This document shows positions 9,208 to 19,127 of a stretch of 64,000 nt of DNA, one piece after another. A program made the translations under genes and the position numbers. The notes beneath the pieces were generated by a model. That model saw only the letters and a program-made list of their open reading frames with translations. It made no database searches and was not told the DNA's origin. Numbering within the stretch: the stretch's first letter is position 1; the number at the start of each line of letters is the position of its first letter. This stretch comes from an uncultured Spirochaetaceae bacterium. GTDB lineage: Bacteria > Spirochaetota > Spirochaetia > SZUA-6 > DRHE01. The DNA is taken from assembly GCA_964551205.1 (NCBI GenBank), contig CAZKCQ010000001.1:5746-69745 (forward strand), written 5' to 3'.

Positions 9208-10278
9208 ATGCCCGGGTTGGAAAAAATCAACATGGGGTTCATCGGCTGCGGCCGAATCGCAGATCTGCACTACCTCGGCTATAAAAACGATCCGAGGGCC
9301 CGGTTGTACAGCGTGTGCGACATCAACGGGGCGTTGGCGGAGAAACGCAGACGGGAGTGGGGAGCCGTCAGGGAATATACGGATTTTCACAAGATGCTCA
9401 ACGATCCGGACTTGGATGCCGTGGAGATCCTCACCCCCAATCCGCTGCACGAGGAACCGGCGGTTGCAGCTGCAGAGGCCGGCAAGCACGTCGCGGTACA
9501 GAAGCCCCTGGCGGTGAGCCTCGACAGTGCCGACCGTATGCTGGCCGCGGCTGCCGGCAGCGGCAAAGTGTTCAGGCTGACCGAGAACTACGTGTACTAT
9601 CCGCCGATCGTACTGGCCAAGAAATTGATCGATCAGGGGGAGATCGGCGATCCTCTGAACATCCGCATCAAGTTCATAGGCGGAGCCCGGGGCGGCTGGG
9701 AGGTGCCGGGGCGTTCCTGGAAGTGGCGGTACGAAGAGCTGCAGTCCGGCCGGGGGATGCAGACCTTCGACCACGGGCACCACATGTGGTCCACGGCCTG
9801 GTTCTTCCTCGGCTCCATTGAACGGGTGATATGCTGGGTTGACCGCCTGGACGGCAAAGTCGACTGCCCGGCCTCGGTGATGTGGCAGCACCGGGAGGGG
9901 ATCCGCTACGGGATGTGCGAGTATGTCTGCGCGCCGGACATGTACGTACCGTCGAAGTACTACTCCGCCGACGAATGGATCGAGATCACCGGCACCCGGG
10001 GAATCGTGCAGGTCAACCAGTGTACGGGAAACATCAGCGACCGGGCGGCGGTGAGCCTGTACTGCGAGGGCAAATGGCGGCATTTCTCCGATGTCGACGG
10101 GGACTGGGCTTCCGGATTCGTCGGAGCCACCCGGAACTTCCTCGCCGCCGTACGAGGTGAGGAACAACCGTTTCTAAACGGGCAGCAGGGACGGGAGATC
10201 CTCAAGATCGATTTGACGATTCAGGAATCGGCCCGCAGCGGCCGCGAGGTAAATCCTGAGGAGCTGGAACCGGTCTGA
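9208..10278 (+). CDS. Gfo/Idh/MocA family oxidoreductase
   Basis: 'MGFIGCGRIADLHYLGY...SVCDI' and 'HVAVQKPLA' motifs. An AGGAGG RBS lies 8 nt upstream of the ATG. Confidence 0.85.
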   Translation: MPGLEKINMGFIGCGRIADLHYLGYKNDPRARLYSVCDINGALAEKRRREWGAVREYTDFHKMLNDPDLDAVEILTPNPLHEEPAVAAAEAGKHVAVQKPLAVSLDSADRMLAAAAGSGKVFRLTENYVYYPPIVLAKKLIDQGEIGDPLNIRIKFIGGARGGWEVPGRSWKWRYEELQSGRGMQTFDHGHHMWSTAWFFLGSIERVICWVDRLDGKVDCPASVMWQHREGIRYGMCEYVCAPDMYVPSKYYSADEWIEITGTRGIVQVNQCTGNISDRAAVSLYCEGKWRHFSDVDGDWASGFVGATRNFLAAVRGEEQPFLNGQQGREILKIDLTIQESARSGREVNPEELEPV

Positions 10279-10312
10279 ACCGCAAGCGATCCGGCGGGAG
10301 GGGCTTCCCGAC

Positions 10313-11203
10313 TCAGCCCTTCACCGCCCCCACAATGATGCCCTTGATGAAGTACTTCTGGACGAAGGGATAGAGGAAAATAATCGGACCAATGGTAACC
10401 AGACCGGTGGCCATCTTGACGCCCTCGGCGGGAAGAATGCCGCTGGCATCGCTCTGAACAGCCGAGGCGGTTGCAGACCTGAGAAACTGCACATTGGAGA
10501 TGATCGCCCGCAGCAACAACTGCACTGGAAAAAGGCGATGGTTCTCGATAAACATGAGACCCAACCACCAGTCGTTCCAGTAGCCAAGCGCAACGAACAG
10601 CCCGACGGTGGCCAGCCCCGGTTTGGCTAACGGCAATATGAGCCGCGTGAAAATCGTCAGCTCTCCGGCGCCGTCTATCTTGGCCGATTCCGGTATCTCC
10701 TTGGGGATCGTTCGAAAGAAATTTCTGAGAAGGAACATGTTCCAGGCGTTGACCGTATAGGGGAGTATCAGGGCAAAGATCGTATTCCTCAGGTGAAGGA
10801 CGCGGCTGACGATGATGTACCAGGGAACCATACCGCCGTAAAAGATCATGGTAAAGAAAGCGAAGAAGGCAATATAGTTTCGATATTTCAGGGTCGGTAC
10901 CGAGAGCGGATAGGCCAGCATGGCCGTCACCAGCAAACTCAACAAAGTACCAGCTACGGTTACCGTAACCGTGATAATATAGCCGTTTATGATCCGTCGT
11001 ATGTCGTGGTAGATCATGACCCAGGGAGCGTAGGATACCTTGTTGGGAATGAAGGCAAAACCCTTTGTTATAATCTCGGCTTCATCGGTGAAAGAGCCGC
11101 TGATAATCAACAAAAAGGGCATCAGGCAGCCGACGGAAAAGATCCCCACGACAAGATAGATGAGAATTCTGGGTACTAGCCGGATTTCCTGTTGGACAGC
11201 CAT
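10313..11203 (-). CDS. Carbohydrate ABC transporter permease (CUT1, MalG-like)
   Basis: Six predicted TM helices. EAA-loop-like motif 'AKIDGAGELTIFTRLILPLAKPGLATVGLF'. Confidence 0.85.
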   Translation of the reverse strand: MAVQQEIRLVPRILIYLVVGIFSVGCLMPFLLIISGSFTDEAEIITKGFAFIPNKVSYAPWVMIYHDIRRIINGYIITVTVTVAGTLLSLLVTAMLAYPLSVPTLKYRNYIAFFAFFTMIFYGGMVPWYIIVSRVLHLRNTIFALILPYTVNAWNMFLLRNFFRTIPKEIPESAKIDGAGELTIFTRLILPLAKPGLATVGLFVALGYWNDWWLGLMFIENHRLFPVQLLLRAIISNVQFLRSATASAVQSDASGILPAEGVKMATGLVTIGPIIFLYPFVQKYFIKGIIVGAVKG

Positions 11204-11217
11204 TACAATCAGCCCTT

Positions 11218-12144
11218 CTAGAACAAGGCGCCTTCTTCGCTAAATCTTCGAGCCAGGAGGTTGCTGCCCAAAACCAGAACAAGCCCCACCACTGATTGAT
11301 AAAGCCCGGCGGCTGCGGACATACCGATATCTCCCAGTTGGCGCAGAGCTCTGTAAACATAGGTGTCGATTACGTTCGTCGTTCGATACAGCATAGAGTT
11401 ATCCCCGATGATGCCGTAGATCATGCCAAAATCACTGATCATGATGCGGCCTATCGCCAGAAGAGTCAGCACCACGGCTGTCGGGATGATCAAAGGAATA
11501 CTTATGCGGGAGATCTGAGTCCATTTACCTGCTCCATCGATCTGCGCTGCCTCGTAGAGCTCTTCGTTTATACCGGCCAAGGCGGCCAGGTAGATGATGA
11601 CCCCGAAACCAGTCCACTTCCAGTCGTAGATCAGGGTCAGAAACCAGGTCCAATATTCTGCCCGAGCGAGCCAGCTGACCGGCGCTATACCGAAATGTCT
11701 TAGAATCCGATTGAGAGCGCCATGGTCGGAATGAAAAAAATTGTAGGTAAAGACGGCAACAATGATCCAGGATATGAAGTAGGGAAAAAACATGAGAGAT
11801 TGGGTAGTTTGTTTGAACCATCTCGAACTAATTTCATTTAAAAGTAGTGCAAACCCGATCTGCAGGATCAAACTGGTGAAAATGAACAAAGAGTTCAGAA
11901 CGATGGTATTTCGTGTTACCGTCCAGGCATCGGTGGAATTGAAGAAGAAGCCGAAGTTCTTGAAGCCGACCCAGGAGCTTCGAAAAAACCCATCGATGTA
12001 ATTGAAATCCTTGAAGACGACGATAATGCCGAACATCGGAAGGTAGTTGAAGAGAAGGAAAAATACGATCCCCGGAATAGTCATCAGATAGAGCGCATGG
12101 TTTCTGCGCATCTCATTTAAAAATATCCGTATTGGGCGCTGCAT
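11218..12144 (-). CDS. Carbohydrate ABC transporter permease (CUT1, MalF-like)
   Basis: 'AAQIDGAGKWTQISRISIPLIIP' EAA motif and hydrophobic helices. Directly upstream of the MalG-like gene. Confidence 0.85.
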   Translation of the reverse strand: MQRPIRIFLNEMRRNHALYLMTIPGIVFFLLFNYLPMFGIIVVFKDFNYIDGFFRSSWVGFKNFGFFFNSTDAWTVTRNTIVLNSLFIFTSLILQIGFALLLNEISSRWFKQTTQSLMFFPYFISWIIVAVFTYNFFHSDHGALNRILRHFGIAPVSWLARAEYWTWFLTLIYDWKWTGFGVIIYLAALAGINEELYEAAQIDGAGKWTQISRISIPLIIPTAVVLTLLAIGRIMISDFGMIYGIIGDNSMLYRTTNVIDTYVYRALRQLGDIGMSAAAGLYQSVVGLVLVLGSNLLARRFSEEGALF

Positions 12145-12244
12145 GAAACTCCTTATACACTATCACCTTGAGGAATGCAACAAAGAAGACGGGATAGAAC
12201 TTTCTCTATCCCGTCTTGCGATGTCTTTAAAACTGTGGTTGCGT

Positions 12245-13765
12245 TTACTTAGAGGCCAACCAGGAATCCAGCTGCTTCTGCAGCTCCGCCAGGATCTTCT
12301 CGCTGCCGGCAGCTTTCTGCTTGGCGAGGTAGTCGTTGTAGGCTGTGGCGGGGTCCACCGCGCCCAACTCGATGGCGCGTCCGACATTCTGCCGCAGGCT
12401 GCTTCTCTGGGCGATCTCATTCTTCACATCGCTGATTTCAGGGAAAAAGCCGACATGGGGGAGCAGCTTGTCATTGATGTAGGTGGCTTTCAAGACTTTC
12501 TCCATCCACCCGGGTTCATCGTCCACCGTGGGCCGCTCAAGCTCCGGCCAGAAGGCACACCAGCGCCCGTGCCAGCCGTAGTACGGACTATCCGCCATTG
12601 TGTAGGGAGCGGGAATCACCACCGCTCTATTCGGTCCCTCTTCCCAGTGCTTGCCCTTGATCCCGTACATGACCAGGTCGTAGTTGTCCTGGTTCAGATG
12701 CATCCATTCCCAGAACCGCATAGCCTTTTCGGGATGAGCCCCATTTCTGTTAAATAACAGGATGTTGTTCATCGGGGGGGAGAGGGGTCCCTGGAGGTCA
12801 ACCCGCAGCAGGTGGCCTTTTACTTCCCAATCCGGGTGGTTCGGCTTGATCTGCATGTTCATCTCGTTCTCACTGTCGAAGATATGGACAAATGAGGCTG
12901 CCTTACCGGTGATCATCAGATCTTTATAGCTCGTCTGTTGGGCAAGTACGTCCTTCTCGAAGTAACCGTTCAGGTACCAGCGGCGGAACCTTTTAGTCAG
13001 ATCCTTGTAAAGGTCGGTTGTCTCGAAATCGATGAGCTTCAACTTTGGGTCGTCCAGCTTGTAGACGATGTTCCATTGTTCGTTCAAGGACCCGTATCCC
13101 CCAACATACGCAAACGGCGAGATCCACACCAATTCCTGGGAAACCGCGGATGGGATCATTGCCGGTTCATTCTTGACCATGGCGTCGAGGAATTTCTCGT
13201 AGTCATCCAGCGTGAACACATCCCCGTTCAATGTGTCGAAGTTTTTCAACCCGTATTTCTTGTACAGGTCGTAACGGATCTGAACGGAACGTCGCTCCGA
13301 TTTGGGCCAGCGCCAGGGGATGCCGATGATGTGCCCACCGTACTTGCTGGCTTCCCATTTATCCTTTTCCACAGTTTCCCAGATGTGCGGAGCGTACTTG
13401 GGCAGCATATCCTCAATGGCCAGGAAAGCGCCCTGTGGGGCCATAGTCGGAATAGCACCCCAGTCGCCGTCAAAGTGACACTCGTAGGTTTCCCCGGCGG
13501 CAACCATAGCCCGCAGCTTGTTCTGGTAATCTGCCCAGGGAACGAAGTTGAACACAACTTTGGCTGCAATTCCATCCGCCTGGATCCTGCTGTTCACCTC
13601 GTCAAGGACCGTGTCCAGCTCTCTTGGGACGACTCCGGGGAACCAGAACGTGATTGTGTCGATCTGCTCTTCCGAACCGCCACCGGCGAAGGCTTGGGTT
13701 GAGATAAAGCCCATGGCGAGTAGGGATAGCAAGAGGACCGAAACAATTTTCAGAGGTCTTTTCAT
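12245..13765 (-). CDS. Extracellular solute-binding protein, large type (lipoprotein) of sugar ABC transporter
   Basis: Signal peptide 'MKRPLKIVSVLLLSLLAMGFISTQAFAGGGS'. 506 aa SBP_bac_1-like protein. First gene of the SBP-permease-permease operon, with a GGAGGAGGAGG RBS. Confidence 0.8.
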   Translation of the reverse strand: MKRPLKIVSVLLLSLLAMGFISTQAFAGGGSEEQIDTITFWFPGVVPRELDTVLDEVNSRIQADGIAAKVVFNFVPWADYQNKLRAMVAAGETYECHFDGDWGAIPTMAPQGAFLAIEDMLPKYAPHIWETVEKDKWEASKYGGHIIGIPWRWPKSERRSVQIRYDLYKKYGLKNFDTLNGDVFTLDDYEKFLDAMVKNEPAMIPSAVSQELVWISPFAYVGGYGSLNEQWNIVYKLDDPKLKLIDFETTDLYKDLTKRFRRWYLNGYFEKDVLAQQTSYKDLMITGKAASFVHIFDSENEMNMQIKPNHPDWEVKGHLLRVDLQGPLSPPMNNILLFNRNGAHPEKAMRFWEWMHLNQDNYDLVMYGIKGKHWEEGPNRAVVIPAPYTMADSPYYGWHGRWCAFWPELERPTVDDEPGWMEKVLKATYINDKLLPHVGFFPEISDVKNEIAQRSSLRQNVGRAIELGAVDPATAYNDYLAKQKAAGSEKILAELQKQLDSWLASK

Positions 13766-13789
13766 TTCCTCCTCCTCCTGTTTTTTTTT

Positions 13790-13806
13790 ATAGCGCGAGG
13801 CGCTAT
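13790..13806. promoter_or_regulatory. Perfect inverted repeat ATAGCGC-GAG-GCGCTAT flanked by T9 and T6 runs; candidate operator or 5'-UTR hairpin of the SBP operon
   Basis: Seen directly in sequence at 13781-13812. It lies about 25 nt upstream of the SBP start and downstream of the predicted minus-strand promoter. Confidence 0.4.
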
Positions 13807-13822
13807 TTTTTGCTGTTGATCT

Positions 13823-13850
13823 ATTATATTTGCAATTTCATTATATGCAA
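13823..13850 (-). promoter_or_regulatory. Sigma70-like promoter for the ABC transporter operon (minus strand: TTGCAT-16 bp-TATAAT)
   Basis: The reverse complement of 13845-13850 is TTGCAT and that of 13823-13828 is TATAAT. The spacer is 16 bp and the region is AT-rich. Confidence 0.45.
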
Positions 13851-13942
13851 AAAACCGCTCTTGTCAACCTCCTTTCAATAGTATCCGAATCTAATCAAAA
13901 ATCAACAACATACTGACTAATTCCCAACAAATTCAAACACCG

Positions 13943-14941
13943 TTAGGCGGATTCCCGGATTACCAGCGATGGATCGTAAATTATGCGCTGATCGATCCCA
14001 TCCGCCTTTTCGATCAAATGAGCCAATAAGCTGGCGCTTCGTTTACCAATCGTTGACTTCGGAATGCTAACCGTGCTCAACGCCGGCTTGGAGAAAGAGA
14101 ACAGATCAATATCGTCGATTCCCATAACCGCAACCTCCCGGGGTACATCAATGTTGCGCTCCAAAAGAGCCTTGAGCGCACCGGTGGCGATGTAATCGCT
14201 GAAACAGAGAATCGAAAGCGGCGGCTGGTGCGTCGTGAGAATCTCCCGGGTGATATTGTAGCCGTCTTCTTGATTCACCGCATTTCGGTACACAAAACCC
14301 GGGTTTATCTCGAGTCCGTTTTCCTCCATAGCTTCGCGATATCCCCGTTCACGTTCTCTGGCGGAAGACGGTTGTGGAAAGTAATTGATGAATAATACCT
14401 TCATATGCCTTTTTTTAATCAGATGGTCCGTTGCCAAATAGCCGGCTTTGATATCGTCTGCGATAACGTAGCTGTCTCGATCTCTCGCCAAACAACGGTT
14501 CGAAAGCACATACGGAATACCGTAGTGCCCGAGCAGTTCGACTCCCTCAGAGTTCCCCAATGCCGGGGTCAGTACGACACCGGCCACGTTGATGCTTCGG
14601 CATTCTTTGATGATTTCCAGCTCTTTATCGACCCTTTCGTCGTTGTTGAAAATGAGAGTGTGGAAACCGCTGTTTGCGTTCTCCTCCTCTACTCCCCTTA
14701 TCAGCTGTGAAAAATACGGATTCGAGTTATCGGTGATTATCAATCCGATAAACCTGGTTATGTTGCTCCTCAGGCTTTTTGCGGCTTGATTCGGGATATA
14801 TTGCTTTTTTTGTACGAGCTCTAAGACCTGCCTGCGCCTGCTCTCGGAAATATCCGGATGATTCTTCAAGGCTTTGGAGATCGTGGCGATGCTAACGCCC
14901 AGTTCCGAAGCCAAGTCCCTCAGGGTTACGGTTGTTCTCAT
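13943..14941 (-). CDS. LacI family transcriptional regulator
   Basis: HTH 'VTLRDLASELGVSIATISKAL' and periplasmic-binding-fold core 'FIGLIITDNSNPYFSQL'. ATG at 14941 is preferred over the ORF-track start at 14956. Confidence 0.85.
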   Translation of the reverse strand: MRTTVTLRDLASELGVSIATISKALKNHPDISESRRRQVLELVQKKQYIPNQAAKSLRSNITRFIGLIITDNSNPYFSQLIRGVEEENANSGFHTLIFNNDERVDKELEIIKECRSINVAGVVLTPALGNSEGVELLGHYGIPYVLSNRCLARDRDSYVIADDIKAGYLATDHLIKKRHMKVLFINYFPQPSSARERERGYREAMEENGLEINPGFVYRNAVNQEDGYNITREILTTHQPPLSILCFSDYIATGALKALLERNIDVPREVAVMGIDDIDLFSFSKPALSTVSIPKSTIGKRSASLLAHLIEKADGIDQRIIYDPSLVIRESA

Positions 14942-14957
14942 GCAACGTAACGACAAC

Positions 14958-14986
14958 TTGACAGGTCAGCCATAACTATTTAGAGT
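14958..14986 (+). promoter_or_regulatory. Sigma70-like promoter (TTGACA-17 bp-TAGAGT) for the 15103-21291 operon
   Basis: Perfect -35 TTGACA at 14958-14963. The 17-bp spacer is followed by TAGAGT at 14981-14986. Divergent from the LacI gene. Confidence 0.45.
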
Positions 14987-14988
14987 AC

Positions 14989-15013
14989 TTAAACGTTATA
15001 GTAAACGTTTAAG
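14989..15013. promoter_or_regulatory. Two tandem LacI-family-type operators (TTAAACGTTATA and palindromic TAAACGTTTA)
   Basis: The core AAACGTTT with a central CG is the classic LacI/GalR-family operator centre (Cra/FruR consensus TGAAACGTTTCA). The copies are at 14989-15000 and 15002-15011, about at +1 of the predicted promoter. Confidence 0.5.
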
Positions 15014-15102
15014 CCCTCTCTACTCTATCCTGTATGAAGGTGGAAATCAAGTGACTGCGTGCACTTCTATTGCGAGATAATCCGGTGCGAATCTTCCGGC
15101 GG

Positions 15103-16159
15103 AGGTGTTGATATGAAAAAAGTAGGTCTTATCGGCTGCGGCTTCATATCCGGGGATCATCTGAACGGGTGGAAAAACTGTGAGCATGCAGAAGTCGTGG
15201 CGGTGTGCGACCTAAAAAAGGATCGGGCGGAAAAAAGAGCCGAGGAGTTTGGGATACAGAGGGTCTATAGCGATTATCGTGAAATGCTGCGCACTGAAGA
15301 ACTGGAGATCGTTGACCTCGCCACTCCGGTGTCGACGCACAGAGAACTTGTACTGGAATCAGTCAAGAAGGGGGTGGATATACTAATAGAAAAACCCTTC
15401 GCCGACAGGATGGAAGACGCGGTTGAGATGGTACGTTCCTGCGAGAGCAAGAGAAAAAAACTCATGGTCTGTCAAACCTATCGATGGCATCCCTGGTACC
15501 GACAGATCAAACGAGAGCTTGAAAGCGGCATCATCGGCACACCGTACTATGCCAACATCATGCAGAGGGTGAGCTTTGCCATCCCTCAAGGACCGGAGGG
15601 GAAGGTTCCGTTATTGGAGGACCAACCGTTTTATGAAGATGTCGAGCTGCTCCTTTTACTCGAGCAGGGCTGTCACTATCTCGACGCGTTCAGATACTTC
15701 TTCGGGGAAGCCGATAGTGTTAGCGCATCCATTCGCTATATCAGCCCGTACGTGAAGGGTGATGATTTGGCCGTGGTTATCGTGAATTTCCGCGATCTGG
15801 TTGCCGTGTTGGAAGACCTGTGGTGCACCGTAGGTCAGCAGAAAACAAGCGTTACGTTTATACAGGGTGAAAAGGGAAGCATTTTCTTTGACGGCACTGC
15901 TGGGGCTGCGCCGCACCGAACCGAGGACACCGGTAATCTGCAGATAGTACTGTCCTCCGGTGAAAAAATCGAAAGAGAATTGGATGGAACCAGATACTAC
16001 GCCAGAGGATTCGAAAAACTGATAGGTCATTTTGTCGATTGCATCCTGAATGACCGGGAACCGACCACCAGCGGCAGAGACAACCTGAAAACACTGGCTA
16101 TAGCTTTCAAGGCTTATGAAGCATCCAGGCAGCAGAGAACTCTATCCATAGAAGAGTAA
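15103..16159 (+). CDS. Gfo/Idh/MocA family oxidoreductase
   Basis: ATG at 15103 with a GGAGGTG RBS. 'VGLIGCGFISGDHLNGW...VVAVCDL' and 'IEKPFA' motifs. Confidence 0.85.
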
Positions 16160-16168
16160 CTGGAAATC

Positions 16169-17002
16169 ATGAAGGCGAGTTACTGCACGCTCATCTACGA
16201 AGGCAACGAGCTGTTATCCGCACTGGAAGATGTGAAACTTGCGGGTTATCAAGGTATCGAGCTGTACGCGAAAGACTGGCGCTGGGCTCTCGACAGGTAT
16301 TCTCTGGATCAGTTCGGCGATATGCTTCAACGCTTTGATGTGAACGTTACCGGGGTTATGGGCGGAGTGCTCAACGAGCAAAACGACCTGGAGGCTTTCG
16401 GGGAAGCAGTGAAGGTGGCAGCTGCAATCGGATGTCCAAACGTTTTTTTCGTTGCCGCAGCAAAGCCCGGCTGCGAATACAGCAGCTTTATCAGCTTGAC
16501 TAAACAGGCGACCGCCCGTGCTGCGAATATGGGAATCACCGCATTGCTTCATCATCATGCCGGCACTCTGGCAGAAACAATGGCTCAGACGCGAAATATC
16601 GCAGAATCCGTGCGCATGGACAACTTCGCAATCTGCTTTGACAGCGTTCACATGGCTCTATTCGAACAGGATTTGCCGGGAAGTGTGATGTCCCTGGGAA
16701 ATCTAATCAGGTACGTTCATCTCAAGGATATCAAGAAAGACAGAGAGGTGATCCTCCGCGGAGTACCGGCTGCAGGTCTCACATGGGCAAACCTGGACTA
16801 TCTAGCGCAGGAGTATACGGGTCTTGGGGAAGGTACGCTCGACAACGAAGAGGTGGCGCATACCCTGCTGGGCATGGGTTATGACGGCTGGTGGGTGATC
16901 GAAATCGAAAGACAGGAGTATGAGCGAAAAGAACATGCGCAACGAAACCTGGATACACTCCGCAGCTATTTTCGTACATACGAAAAACGGCCGGAATCCT
17001 GA
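16169..17002 (+). CDS. Sugar phosphate isomerase/epimerase (xylose-isomerase-like TIM barrel)
   Basis: 277 aa. 'GYQGIELY' and 'VHLKD...' motifs are typical of AP-endonuclease-2/xylose-isomerase-like TIM barrels. Starts 10 nt after the previous stop. Confidence 0.7.
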   Translation: MKASYCTLIYEGNELLSALEDVKLAGYQGIELYAKDWRWALDRYSLDQFGDMLQRFDVNVTGVMGGVLNEQNDLEAFGEAVKVAAAIGCPNVFFVAAAKPGCEYSSFISLTKQATARAANMGITALLHHHAGTLAETMAQTRNIAESVRMDNFAICFDSVHMALFEQDLPGSVMSLGNLIRYVHLKDIKKDREVILRGVPAAGLTWANLDYLAQEYTGLGEGTLDNEEVAHTLLGMGYDGWWVIEIERQEYERKEHAQRNLDTLRSYFRTYEKRPES

Positions 17003-17021
17003 ATTCATGAATCGGTAAGTT

Positions 17022-17963
17022 ATGACCGAGCGGCATCCGCACCACAGTTCAGTGCAAATCATTACGATCGGCTTTGTTTTCAACGAGAACATACGGTTTC
17101 CGGATCGATCCATCGGCCCACTGTTGGGAGCGACGGTTGCCTATTCCTCCGTGGCACTCGGACGATTGGGGGCGCGGGTAGGCATCGTAACCAACGTAGG
17201 AACAGATATCCCGGAGAGCCTGCTGGCACCCATTATTGAAAGCGGTGTCGATACCAGAGGGCTGCACAGAAGCGGCAAATTCCCGACAACGACAACGCTC
17301 CTGGAGTACGACCCCGAAGGGTTTAAAGTAATACGGTATCTAAAAAAGGCACCCCGTATTCGATTCGATGACATTCCCGACGCGTACCTCAGCGCAGAAA
17401 TGGCTTTCTTCTGTGCCGTCGATTTCGATGTGTCTGCCGAAACTGTACGAAAGGTCAAATCAACCGGCATAACTACGGCGGCGGACCTGGGCGGGTTCGG
17501 GGGTGCGCATACCAGCAAAGAGGAGATGAAGGAGTTCGCGAACAACCGCTCGCGGATTCTACGCTCATATACGGAGAATATCGATATCGGAAAGGCCAGC
17601 CTCGAAGACTGCTATCACCTGTTCGGAGACAGCGGTTTGACCGAAGAGCGGGCACTCGAACAACTACTGGATAGCGGTATAAAAATAGCGGTCATGACCC
17701 TCGGGGAACGGGGCGCGGTAATTGCTTCCAGCGAAGGAACGACAAGAATCCCCGCTGCGCCGGCACGGGTGATCGATACCACAGGGGCAGGGGATGTGTT
17801 CATGGCGGCATTTTTGTTGGAGTATCTGAACACCGGAGATCTCTACAAGGCGGGTTTGTTTGCCGGTTCAACGGCCTCACTGCTGATAGAAAAAAGCGGC
17901 GGTGTGAATATCGACCGGATTCCGGATTTCGATCAAGTACGGAGAAGATTGGGGCAACTTTAG
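17022..17963 (+). CDS. PfkB family carbohydrate kinase (ribokinase-like)
   Basis: The C-terminal 'DTTGAGDVFMAAFL' is the PfkB anion-hole/GAGD motif. Length is 313 aa. Confidence 0.8.
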   Translation: MTERHPHHSSVQIITIGFVFNENIRFPDRSIGPLLGATVAYSSVALGRLGARVGIVTNVGTDIPESLLAPIIESGVDTRGLHRSGKFPTTTTLLEYDPEGFKVIRYLKKAPRIRFDDIPDAYLSAEMAFFCAVDFDVSAETVRKVKSTGITTAADLGGFGGAHTSKEEMKEFANNRSRILRSYTENIDIGKASLEDCYHLFGDSGLTEERALEQLLDSGIKIAVMTLGERGAVIASSEGTTRIPAAPARVIDTTGAGDVFMAAFLLEYLNTGDLYKAGLFAGSTASLLIEKSGGVNIDRIPDFDQVRRRLGQL

Positions 17964-18019
17964 GATTCGATCGGGAACAATCCTTTTTTTGGCGCACTAG
18001 ATACCTATTGGGGGAGATC

Positions 18020-19087
18020 ATGAAGGGGAAAATCAGGATAGCGATTGCCGGTGTGGGAAACTGCGCCCAGGCTCTCTTACACGGAATAGAGTATTACAAA
18101 CAACATCCCGAGGACTCACGTGGCCTGATGAATGTTGACATCGGTGGATTCAGAGTTCAGGACATCGAACCTGTGGCCGCTTTCGACATCAACGCGGCCA
18201 AAGTAGGAAAGGATCTGAGCGTAGCCATGTTCGCCGAACCGAACATGGCCTATCGATATCCGAACGTGCAGGTTGGTCGCTACGGTGTCAGAGTCAAGAT
18301 GGCCCCGGTTCTTGACGGAAATCCGCCGCATCTGGCCCGATTCTACGAGGTATCCTCGGAGAAGCCGAGCGATATGACGCAAGTGTTGATAGAGAGCGGG
18401 GCCGACATGCTTCTCAATCTCATACCGACGGAATCCCATCAGGCGGCCCGCTCATTCGCGGAAGCTGCGATCGAGGGAGCAAAAATCGGCTTTGTCAACG
18501 GAATGCCTACACTTATTGTCAGCGATCCCGAGTATCAGAAGGCGGCTCGAGACAACGGTGTGCCGGTTATCGGTGACGATGTGAAAAGTCAGCTGGGCGG
18601 TACGGCGATCCATCGGGCCCTGGCTGTACTCATGAATATGCGGGGAATTCATCTGCAGAACACCTATCAAATCAACTATGCGGGGAATACGGATTTCGCC
18701 AACCTGCTTGCCAGAGGCGAGAGTAAGCACAAAACAAAAAAAGAGGCCGTGACCTCCCTTATGCCTTACCCCGTTACAATGTCGACGGGTTTTACCTTTG
18801 TCGAATTGATGAAAGACCGGAAGACTTCGATTTTCTATTTCGATGCGAGCAATTTCGGGAATACGCCGCTGCATCTTGAAGCCAAGCTGGAGGTAGAGGA
18901 CAGTGCGAATTTCGCCGGTGTAATGGTGGATATGATCCGCTATATCAAGCTGGCCCGCGACAGAGGCATCTCCGGAGTTCTGGATTCCGCCTGTTCATTC
19001 CTGTGCAAGCATCCCCCGAAGCAGATACCCGATGATGTGGCGTTTTCCCATCTGAAAGAATTTGTTGAAGGAAAAAGAAAGAGATAA
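18020..19087 (+). CDS. myo-Inositol-3-phosphate synthase (MIPS/Ino1) family protein, short bacterial type
   Basis: ATG at 18020 with a GGGGGAG RBS; the ORF-track start at 18008 is a TTG. 'IRIAIAGVGNCAQALLHGIEYY' and 'GDDVKSQLGGTAIHRALAVLM...NYAGNTDFANL...KTKKEAVTSL' follow the mycobacterial Ino1 pattern '[22 protein letters not shown]...GDDIKSQVGATITHRVLA...GGNMDFLNML...SKTQAVTSNL'. Confidence 0.75.
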   Translation: MKGKIRIAIAGVGNCAQALLHGIEYYKQHPEDSRGLMNVDIGGFRVQDIEPVAAFDINAAKVGKDLSVAMFAEPNMAYRYPNVQVGRYGVRVKMAPVLDGNPPHLARFYEVSSEKPSDMTQVLIESGADMLLNLIPTESHQAARSFAEAAIEGAKIGFVNGMPTLIVSDPEYQKAARDNGVPVIGDDVKSQLGGTAIHRALAVLMNMRGIHLQNTYQINYAGNTDFANLLARGESKHKTKKEAVTSLMPYPVTMSTGFTFVELMKDRKTSIFYFDASNFGNTPLHLEAKLEVEDSANFAGVMVDMIRYIKLARDRGISGVLDSACSFLCKHPPKQIPDDVAFSHLKEFVEGKRKR

Positions 19088-19127
19088 AACAGCCTGAAAG
19101 TGAAATTGACAATAGAGGAGCAGCCCC

